From contig NC_045696.1 in assembly GCF_009834535.1 (NCBI RefSeq), positions 71,612,001 to 71,676,000 on the forward strand: a DNA stretch of 64,000 nucleotides, in the 5' to 3' direction. Within the stretch, counting starts at the first letter, position 1, and every line of letters starts with the position of its first letter. The notes under the pieces were generated by a model. That model saw only the letters and a list, made by a program, of their open reading frames with translations, ran no database searches and was not told the origin of the DNA. The translations under genes were made by a program, and so were the position numbers. This DNA comes from Camelus ferus. Taxonomy: Eukaryota. Of this stretch, positions 1-10,300 are shown in pieces.

Positions 1-224
1 TCAATACATCCAGAGTCTAGCTCAGAGGATGCTAGATAAATATCTAAGAAACAGAAATGTAGGCGTGAAAGAATGGGGCAGGAATGAATGAAGGGAGACA
101 GGACCTACCTTCACTGCCAATCAAAGAAAAACGTTACTAATTTCTCTTTTCCAACATTGATTGGGAAAATGTTATCAAATGCCTATGATAGGCAAGGTGT
201 TTGGCATGCTGGGGGGCATAAAGA

Positions 225-336
225 TAGGGTGACTAAATTGTCTGAGTTTTTCCAGGACTGTTCCAGTTTTAACCCAGAAAGTCTGGTATCCTGGGAAACT
301 CCTCAGTACAGCAAAATAGGATAGACTGTCACCCTA
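225..336. mobile_element. Short non-autonomous hAT element, MER81-like
   Basis: Perfect 9-bp terminal inverted repeats TAGGGTGAC (225-233) and GTCACCCTA (328-336); 112 bp long; interior resembles the recalled MER81 consensus. Confidence 0.65.
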
Positions 337-3300
337 CAAATGGGAGACAAATCCCTTCTCTCAAAGATTGTATGATCTAGAAAACAATCTCAGATCCATA
401 TCCTCAAGAAATATTTAATCATGTCTTAGAAGACATAAAAATATAGGGAAGTGAGAGAGAATATACAGCTGAGGGGATGAGGGAAAGCTTCATGGAGGTG
501 GTGCCATTGAAGATGGCTAGTATTATTTGTTAAAAAAAACCCCAACACTAAGTCTTTCTGAGAAATGGCATCCTGAACTCTTCTTATTGCTTTGTAATTC
601 CGAAGTCTTCAGTAAACATCCTTACTTCCATAACAAGAATCTTACCACCCTGACAGTGGTTCTGGTGAGCTGGCATCCTCTTGCAGCTGGGAATGCTGTC
701 AGGCAGAGTGCTGCTTTGGGTGTATGGGAATTGTCTGTAGGTGACCTCTAGGATGGGCTGAGGGCGTATAGGTGTGACACTGATATACTGTGCTGCAATT
801 ATGTGATCTTTTCTGTTTTCATGTCTCTAAAGTGGAGAGCAAAGTACTTCACTGGATCAGTGGGAAGATGAAGTGCGTGAGAATTCACATAGTGCCGCTC
901 ACAGTTTCAGGAACATAGCTGATGCTCAGTATATGCATTGGTGGTAGTTCTAGTAGCAATAAGTTAACAAGAGGGAACGGTGGCTCTTCCTCTGTAGCTG
1001 ACTTAAGACTTGTTTCTTTCACTATAATTTGTGTTAGAGAAGAGAGCTGACTGGAGTCAGAAGGGGCAATACGTGGCCTTAGGAATAGAGATTTTCCTTA
1101 AGTGCAGCTGCCCATTTGTTTGGGGACAGAATCTATTCCTTACAAGCATTGTAAAGTCAGGGAGCCTAGTAAGATATAATCAGATTGTTTTCTCAGTAGT
1201 AAAGCTTTTGCCAATGGTTTGTACATTTTGTTGCCTAGTAGGAAAATAAAGCTTCCACATAACAATTATTTTGCTTGTAGCTGTAAGGAATATTTACCAG
1301 TTCGTGCTGAATCTCAGAGCATATCCAGATTGATGTAGACGCCAAACTGATTTTGTTTTTGCCTTTGCACTAAAATCTAATCATAGATATTATCACACCC
1401 ATGGTACAACAATGGGTGTGCTTGCTTACTAGGAAAATGGGGGGTTAGAGGGAAGGTAACAGTTATCTGTTTATGTTGGGGAATGGGGTGGGTGGGCTTG
1501 GAAGGTACATGAGAAACAATAATGGAATAGTGAACAGGATCTGTCATGAATGAAGAATCGAGTTTTATTCTTAATTTTGTTTTAGTTGGGGTGGTTGGGG
1601 TGGAGTTGGATATAGCCAATGTGTTTTATAATTTGATAGGTTCTGAAGGACAAAATGCCATGAGAAGGGTCAGTCATGTGTTGTCCTCAGCTCTAGAGAA
1701 GGTGGTTAGAGTCATGGAGGTGAAGTTCTGAGCTCCTCCCAGCCAAGGCTGCAGGAAGAGTTTGGGTTGTGTATGTCCTTGTGGCAGGCACAGGAGGCTA
1801 ACTGCTCACCAGCCTGTCCCCCTCTTCTGTGTTAACAGGCCCTAATTTTGTTCAGCTTTCAGATGGCTCTTCCTTGATCTTGGGGGAAGAGGACTAATCC
1901 CAGTGGATGAATTGTATTTGGTGCAAGCCAGTCACACTAGGCAATTTATATTCCCTGGTGTTTGGTTTGAGGTAGCCAAGTGGCCTAGGAGAAGTCTGAG
2001 CGGGGTTTCAGGAAATAATTTTCTGTCCGGTAAGAAGAGAGAGATGGAAGATAAGAAGCCTGCCCTTTTTCTTCCTGATTTTGGACTGGGGTTCTATGAT
2101 GACATGGTGTTTGGTATTGTGGCAGCCATTATGTGACCATGAGGATACATCTCTATTACACCGAAGGTGATAGAATGAAAGATGGAAAAATCCTGTGTTC
2201 TTGAGTACATCACTGAGCTTCTGGATCAACCTGGGACTACACACCTCTGGCTTCTTATAATGTGAGGTCCCTATTGTTTAAACCACTTTTTATGGGATAT
2301 TCCGTCACTGAGGCAAAAGCATCTCCATGGACAGAGCTCTGGATGAAGAAGTGTTGTGGGAATTCAAAGGCCCTGATTTTAGGAGTAAGTATCCATGGTA
2401 GAAGAAAAGAGGAGCTGAGACAGAACTGTGACTCCTGGAGAGGGCTTCAGTCACCACTGATTAGGACAGAGAAAGGATTGGGCTCCTGCTGATCAGGGAC
2501 ACCTGCAGTACTCCCCACTGCTAGAAGGTAAATGAGAGCAGAGGTGAGACAGCAGAGGCCACTTGGAAGTGCCAGGCACTGGGGCAGCCATGGAGGGTGA
2601 GCCCCATGGTTCTCTCCATGGGAGACAAGGAGCCAGGGCTGACACAGTGTTACAGCTCCAGTTGCCTGGTGGTGGTGGAGGAAACGGGGGCTTTATAGCC
2701 AAGAACCGGGCCCTTCCAGTCACTTAAGCAGAGTTTCAGTTTCCTTAGCTATAAAATGAGGACAGTCATACTAGTGCCATTGGGTTGTTATAAGGATTAA
2801 AAGACATTAACTCCTGTAAATTTGCTAGGGTATAGCAGGAGCTTAATAAAAGATAGTTATTGCTTTTTAATGGATGCCTGCAGAGGTAATGAAACTACTT
2901 CATGATCCACCACTAGGTGCATGACCAATAGATGCTGGGTAAGGTCAGGCCAATTTGAGACTTGCTAGGTCTGGTGTCGACCTACCCTCATTGGTCTTCT
3001 AAGAGAGAAGACCCTGGGGAATGGAGTTTCTGGAGACCATTTCTTTTCTGCTCCCTGAGGCATATCTAAAACAATAGACTATTTGCCATGACATTGTTTC
3101 CCACCTCCTTCTTCCCAGCAGGGAGGAAGACAAAGATAGAAAGGGGGATACCCTAGCTAAGTGGGTTTTCTAAAGTTCCCAATGGACTGGGCGTGGGCTC
3201 ATCATGGGGTCTCAGACTCCTGGCAGGAAGGAGGAGGAGGATTTAGAATATCCCCTGCCCATCTCCTCATTGACACCTTGGGTTGTAGAAGCACCAGGAA

Positions 3301-3499
3301 TATAAATGTAATAACCAGAACCAGAGGCTTCCTGCTCACGGATATGAGGGGGGAGGTGGACAAAAATAGCCACACAGTATATTAGCAGACTCTGAGAAGC
3401 CACTCCTTTTCTCCGGAGCCCCTTCCTACACACCCTTCTAAGTAATTTCTAACCTTGTGATGATTTACAGAAAGAAAAAGAATAGAAGTTACTGGCGTT

Positions 3500-3639
3500 T
3501 GTAGTAACAGGATGAGAAAGTGCGAGACTTCCTGTTATGTGTGTGTGACAGCTGGTGATAAGTGGAGGGCCCTGCACAGGAAATCCGCTCAGCTTCTGCA
3601 ATGTGACCTGCCTGAAACTTGGGCGCTCCTTCAGTCTGG
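3500..3639 (+). promoter_or_regulatory. Putative KLHL6 proximal promoter and 5' UTR
   Basis: Lies directly upstream of the first ATG. Contains ETS core ACTTCCTG 3527-3534, E-box CAGCTG 3549-3554, GATAAG 3557-3562 and CAGGAAAT 3577-3584. No clear TATA box; the TSS cannot be fixed from sequence. Confidence 0.6.
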
Positions 3640-3932
3640 ATGCTGATGGCAGGACAAAGGGGCACCTGGACCATGGGCGACGTGGTGGAGAAGAGTTTGG
3701 AAGAGCCCCTGGTACCTTCTACAGATGACCCCCCCAAGAAAAGGGGAGACTTGGTAGAAATCTTAAATGGGGATAAAGTAAAATTTGACGACACGGGACT
3801 CTCCTTAATCCTGCAGAATGGCCTGGAGACCCTCCGAGTGGAAAACGCTCTGACAGACGTCATCTTGTGTGTGGATATTCAGGAATTCTCCTGCCACCGC
3901 GTGGTGCTTGCCGCGGCCAGCAACTATTTCAG
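3640..3932 (+). CDS. KLHL6: KLHL6 coding exon 1 (N-terminus and first part of BTB)
   Basis: ATG at 3640; encodes MLMAGQRG...[27 protein letters not shown](R), a BTB signature; donor AG|GTCAGC at 3933, phase 2. The start may instead be ATG 3673. Confidence 0.93.
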
Positions 3933-4429
3933 GTCAGCACACCTAGGACCAGAGGCAAATTGGGTGCAAGACGTAAGGAAAATCTGTATTGATGTGAGAG
4001 CCCAATCTAAATAGTTGGCTGTTGCATTTACAGTTTGTATATTTATTTAGATTTGCGTGTCTATTCAAGATACAAAAAGGAAACTATTAAACCTTAGATT
4101 TTAGGACTTAAGTCATATTAAAAGAGAGATTGGCATCATTTAAAAGCAATGTTTCTATATTCTGGTGAACCTTCTGTGTATGTGTCCTTGTTCCAGAGGA
4201 TGGAAAATTACTGAAGTCATGGGGATTTTTTCCCCTCTGTCTGACTAGTGTTTTGGAAACATGATGTTGTCTTTGTTCACCAGTAGAGGTATAGAAAAGG
4301 ATGTGGCCACTCTTCTAAAGTTATCCAGTGACTTGCTGAAAATTAGGGACTTCTGTTTGTGCACAGGGAGTGGGTGGGAAGGGAAAGCAGTTACAAAGGT
4401 GCTTTAGAATTGAGAGACCACTAGTTAAC

Positions 4430-4640
4430 AACACACCCAGAGATCTGGGTTCCACTCTACTCTGCCCCTTCCTGACCCTGGGACGTTACACGAGTCACTT
4501 AATGCTCTGAGTTTCTGTTTTGCCATCTGTAAGATGGGGACAATGATGATTATCTGTCAGGATTGTTGTGACAATTAAACATGAGGGAGGAGAAGGTCTC
4601 ACACAGTGCCTAGCATCTAGTAGATGGTCAATATATCTTT
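4430..4640 (+). mobile_element. MIR SINE remnant
   Basis: MIR core-like text agtcacttaatgctctgagtttctgttttgccatctgtaagatggggacaat. Boundaries approximate. Confidence 0.7.
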
Positions 4641-5859
4641 GTTGAAATTCTTCACCTTGTTCTGCTTAGTTCAGCTAAGAACTGTCTATTGAGCAAATGC
4701 TTGGAGTAAGAATGTGGGAGAGTCTGGAACCCAGTGAGTTTGGATGGCTCCAGAGTTCTCCAGATTGATGTAGACCCAGTGAGAACCAGTTCCCAAGGGA
4801 AATGTGGATGCAGAAGGTATTTGGGGCACTTGAAAAAGAAATATTCTGGTAATTATTCTTAACAAGTTTCTTCTTAAATCTTGATTCTGGCTGGGGAAAT
4901 TTAAAACTACTTACCTATGTAAATATCACGGAAGATATTTTATTTTTTCAGGTTTTTTTGTTTTGGTTTTTGGGTTTTTTTTGGAGATGCTTATGGGAAA
5001 ATCTTTGGAGTTCAAAGAGCAGGGTCGGAAGGTTGTTGTGGGACTGATTAGGTCCTGTATGTAGATGAGGCAAGGGGACATCTGGGTTTGTAGGAAATAG
5101 TGCCTGCTACGTACCAGACAGTTATCTGATTTTATTTTTGCAACAGCAGGATAAAGGTGGCTGATATACCCTTTTGAAGATGAGGAAATGGAAACCCAAC
5201 ATTACAAATCTAGTCATTGCTGGAGCAAGGATTGGGCACATTTTAGAAATTTTTGCTTTTATTGAAATATAAACTGCCCCTACTTTGGAAGCTTCATCCC
5301 ACGAGAAGTATATAAAAGATAAAGTGTAGGCACAGCCATAATGATTGGTTGACATAGATAAACATGTTACTTACTCCACCAGTATTGATCGTATGCTGTC
5401 ACATTGATAACAACCCCTTTCAGAAATGAATGAAAGTCAGCTTTGCTCATGTCCTGAGCACTTACTCTCAGTCTTGTTCATTCTGTTTTGAGTCACTAGA
5501 AAACTGCTATCATAAAGTGTGTGCCTGATTAGCAATTTCATTAGTTGCTCTGCCTGGCTTTGAAACAGGACCGATGGCTGTGTGCTCTTGAATACGTCAC
5601 TGGTTTCTCTGGCCCTGGTGTTTCTCAGCCTAAACAGAAAGTGTTTGGGCTCAGGTCCTTCCAGCCCTGCTGACAGAGGATACTAGGGAAAGTGTGTGCC
5701 AGCCCTCGGAGGCAGCAGTGGGGCAACTAGAAGCTGGAGGGAAATTCCTTCTATGCTTTTTTGATTCTTATCTTGGTATTTCCAAGATGACTGTCCTCTT
5801 ACAATGAACACAGTCCTGGAGACAGGATTCTTTTTTCCGGTACTACTATTAAAAATAAC

Positions 5860-6035
5860 TTCTGTTGTTGAGCACTTATTGTGGGTCAGGCCTGTGCCAC
5901 CTATGTCACAGACACTGTCCCACTAATCCTCACAACCCTGTGAAGTGGGGAACTGTCTCCCCATTTCCAGATGAGGAACCAACCCCCCGAATGTCTCAGT
6001 TAACACAGCAGCCAAGTGGGATTTGGATCTAGGAC
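5860..6035 (-). mobile_element. MIR SINE remnant
   Basis: Reverse MIR core ctaatcctcacaaccctgtgaagtgggg...cccatttccagatgaggaa. Boundaries approximate. Confidence 0.65.
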
Positions 6036-6269
6036 TGACATTAAGTTTGACATTACCTCACCACCCATCTTGCTTTGTTTCTAAGATTTTGAAAGGGGTT
6101 GGGAACCAAGTTCCTCTTATGCTCAGACTTCGGAAGGGCAGAGAGTTTGCTCTGTCTGAGAGGCTTCCAACACAGCCCTCGGTTCTCTGGAGGACCTGGA
6201 AGCTGGTTGTAAAATTATGCAGGTTTTCCCCCCCTTTATTCACTGAGATCATAAATATTTTCCACTAAG

Positions 6270-7330
6270 TGATTGAACCATTATTTAATCAATCCTCTAT
6301 TGACAGACATTTGGATTATTTCTAATTTTTTTCTGTTATAAACAATTTTATTGTGACTAGCCTAATAATGTCATTTCATATGCATGCAGAACTGTCTGGG
6401 GGTGCATTTCTAGAAGAGGGTTTGCTGAGTCAAAGAGAAATGCATACACAGTTGTAGTGTATATTGCCAGATTCTTTTGAAGAGAGGTTCAGTAATTTTG
6501 TACTCCTCACAGCCTTGCATCTAACTTTGGGGTTTTTCCCTGTCTGATAGATGGGAAATAGTGTCTCAAGTTAGTTTTAATTTGCATGTCTCTTATTTTT
6601 AATAAGGTTAAACACCTTTTCATATTTTAAGGGTTGTCTGCAGTTCTTTTCCCGTGAACTCTCTCTTCACAGCCTTTCAGATTTTCATGTATATCTTTTA
6701 AAATCAAAATTTATTTTTATCAAAGCACTATGTACAAATAGTTAACAAGGAGTCAAGTAGTATTTAAAGGCTTGTAATGAAAACCAAAAATTCCTCTTTC
6801 CCTCCTCTACCATTCAGACTTGTTCACAGGAGCCCACCATTTTTGACATTTAGCTGTTTCTGTTTCTTCTGGTATTATATTTATATTTTTACAAAATATG
6901 CTTACACTGCTCTTTCTTCATTTCTCAGTGTTAGTCATCATTTATTAATTTCCTAGTATGTCTGATAAGAACTTGGCACTTATACCCAACTCCCGTACCC
7001 TATCCTTCCTTTCTCTATAATCTCAATGCAATGTTTTCACATTTTTGGATATATTTGTATTAAAAGTTTACATTATATCCCTGAAAACATTGTTTCTTCT
7101 TGAACCAAATTGTATATTATGATTACATACAATTTCCTTTCTTGTAAACTTTTTTGTCTTTCCTGAAGTTAATAATTCACTCTTTTTTCCATTTGCTTAG
7201 TTTCTGGGGTATCTCTTGCTCACAGCCTCTCCACAATGATCTTTCATGTGGTCTGGTGCATCAGAGAATGTAGCAGTTCCATTTACCCCAATATTTTTCT
7301 CACTTCCATTATCCTATACACGTTCTCTGG
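6270..7330 (-). mobile_element. Old L1 (L1M-type) fragments
   Basis: T-rich antisense L1 3'-region motifs (tattgacagacatttggattatttc; ttagttttaatttgcatgtctc). Boundaries approximate. Confidence 0.55.
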
Positions 7331-10300
7331 ACCTGCTGCCCAGCTATCATCTAGCTGCATATGTAATTATGGTGGCTGTAAACAGGGACTAGTAACTCAG
7401 ACAATGTGGTTCCCCTTGGGGGCCTATTTAAAAGTCTGGAGCGGAATGAGGAAGCTGGGAAAACACATAGGGTTGAGGCTGAGAAAAGGGTGAGGGAGAA
7501 TAAAACTTAGAAAGTAGTGCATAGCATACATTACATGTCAAAAAGTCAAATGTCAAGGTGTCCAAATATTCTCAGGACAGAAAAATCAAGGGAAGCATAG
7601 ATTTAACATTCATAATAATGTTTTCAGAAATATTATAAGACTACTAGTATCTTTTATAAGACTGCTAGTAAAGCTGCCACTGTGTTATGCATTTAGACAG
7701 GTCCCCAAAACAAAGTCACTTGAAGGGGTTGTGTATCCGGAGTAATGAACCTGCTTCCCAAATGATCTCCACTTAGGCAAGTAGTTCTGTCCATTTATGG
7801 GGGAGCAACTCACTGCCGACGATGGCACACCCCACAAATGATGTTGACCTGTGAGGGCAACCTTGTTGTGATTCCCAGGGTGAGCAGAAGGAGGGGGTAG
7901 TTGCGACGTAGGGAGGGGTCATCAGTCTTCTCTCAGTTCTACCTGATGACTGGCCCTTCCTACATGAGTACAAAAACTTCCAGGCTGAGGTTGTCAACAA
8001 CAAGCTCCTTTGTTGCTGCTGTTGCCTGAAATCCCTGCCTGGACTTGGCCCCTGCCTTGTACCTGAGTACCTCAGTCTTTGGGTCTGGCTCTCTGAGGCT
8101 ATGACAAGGAGACTTTGACCACTAGCTATAGAAATCAAGCATAATGCAGGAATGGGAAGGGTACTGTGGGCATAACTTATTAATCATTATTCTATATTAA
8201 CTGGATGGCATAAAGGGGGCCAAGAGGCTACTCTTAAGCCCTGTTCAGATGTTGTAATCCTTTGCAGTTTTTTCTGTAATGATGTAAGATGTCTAGAAAG
8301 GAGCCAGCAAGTGATAGAATAAGTGCCAAGGAAAATAGGAATGAATTACAGACATCTGGGTCTGGGTTAAAAATCTGGCTAACAGCAAAAGCGTTGAAGG
8401 TCGTTCTGCCACGGTGGGTTGATTACTCCCAGTGAACTCAAATGAACTGATGATTGTACTTCCAGCATCAGGTCCTGTGTTTTACACTTTTAATATTGCC
8501 CTTTTCACAGAACCAGCGTGGTGGTTAATATTTAAGGAACTATAGGCCTCTAGTCTCTTATCTGCAATTTCAAAATCCCCAAAGTGCTGCAAATGGAAAA
8601 GTTTTTCAAAACTTATTTGCTGGCTAAATCCAATTGGAATTGTACCTCTCTGGTGGAGATACCTGTCCTGAACTGAGAGGCAGCTATTTAGAGTTTTTAT
8701 TTCCCTGAGGATAACTATATATTCCCTGCTGAAGTACTGAGGTGTTGGATTGTGGAGTGCTGGAGGTGCTGTATAGTATCCAAGGTATGGTAACAGCCAA
8801 ACAATTCTGAATGTCAAAACACATCTAGCTGCAAGATTTTGGGATAAGAAATTATGAAACTTTCTAATAAAGTTAATTTTCATTTTAGTGTTATTCTTCT
8901 ACCTTTTTTTCATCTGCGTATTTTTGTTTACTTTTGTAAACATAGTTTACATATAATTTTGCATCTTGCTTTGCACTCTTTTTTCAGTATAATCTTTTCC
9001 TCAAAGTGCTCCATGGTTTTCTTGACTATTATTTATTTAGCTACCATTTTAAATAGATGCATAATATGCAAATCATTCATTGTGGGTATAGGTCGCTTCC
9101 AAAATTTTGTTTTTATAAAGGATGTGGTAATAAACATCTTTGTATCAAGTATTTTTCAGAGTCTAAAATACGGAAAGGCTAACAGTTTTTGAGCACTTAC
9201 CGCATGCCAGGAACTTGGCTGGATTCTTTTTCATTTCATTTAATTCTCACAATATTGACAATTAAATAACAACAAGTAGATAGCATTGTCTCCATTTCAC
9301 CCTCCAGGGAGTTCACTTTGATGGGAAGAATGGTTCCCCTGTTGGGATCCAAACTGAAAACAGAGGTCTCCACTGGGCAGAAGTATGGCTGTTGGGACAT
9401 TTCCTGTGTAAGACCATTGACTCCTCCTCCCCATTGTGTACTACTGTGGTCTACATAAGCTGAAAATGATGAGAAGATGTAAAAATCATTGCCCCTGTGT
9501 GCATACACACACATGCACAGGCAGGATACAGTAGGAATGTTCAATCCAATTTGTGTCTGGGGGCTGAGCTGGCAGATGTTGGTAGCAAAGCCCCAGCTTG
9601 CTTTAGGGTACTGTTGTGGGTCAAGGGGCTAACTAGAAGCCCAGGAGGTAGGTCAGGGTATGAGGTGAAGAGACAGTATACTTCGAAAATATAGGGCCTC
9701 AAGAACCTACGGGACTTCACTGGGGGCTGGAACCAATAACTATTGGTATAGTGGAAAGAACACTGTCTTAAAGTTCTGTACTGGGATTTGAGTCCAGACC
9801 CTGCCACTTGTTGGCTGTGTAAATCTTGGAGGAATCATTGGCTTGGTCTCTCTGGGGCTCAGTACCATACCAACAACATAGTGAGGCTAATGGTTTGTGT
9901 CTACCTATCCTGGTGAGTTCTTATGAAATACACATAACAAAATGGATTTGTTTATGAATTTATCTGCCTAAACATTTTATGCATGGTAACAAACCAGATT
10001 TCTTTGTCCCAAGGAATAGAAATCAACCACCTCTTTTGAGAATGGGATTTATATAAGTAACTCACAGAATCCTCCAGAAGCCTGGAGTGCCAAACTCAGA
10101 GAACAGGTGCAAGGGAGGCCAGGCAGTGGGCAGGACCACAGCCCAAAGCCACCCAGAACCCCTGGGGGAGGACTCCCCTGCAGCTGCAGGATCCTGGAGG
10201 CCAAGGCTACTACAGCTGTGGCCCCGGCACTGCTGCGTCTGTGGTCTCGGGAAACTGGAGGCTGCTGCCGCTTGTGCTGCCTCCACCAGGACAGGTTCTC

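Noticed and set aside
3619..3639. ORF-track start at TTG 3619
   Set aside because: Non-ATG start called by the ORF finder; the first ATG of this ORF is at 3640.
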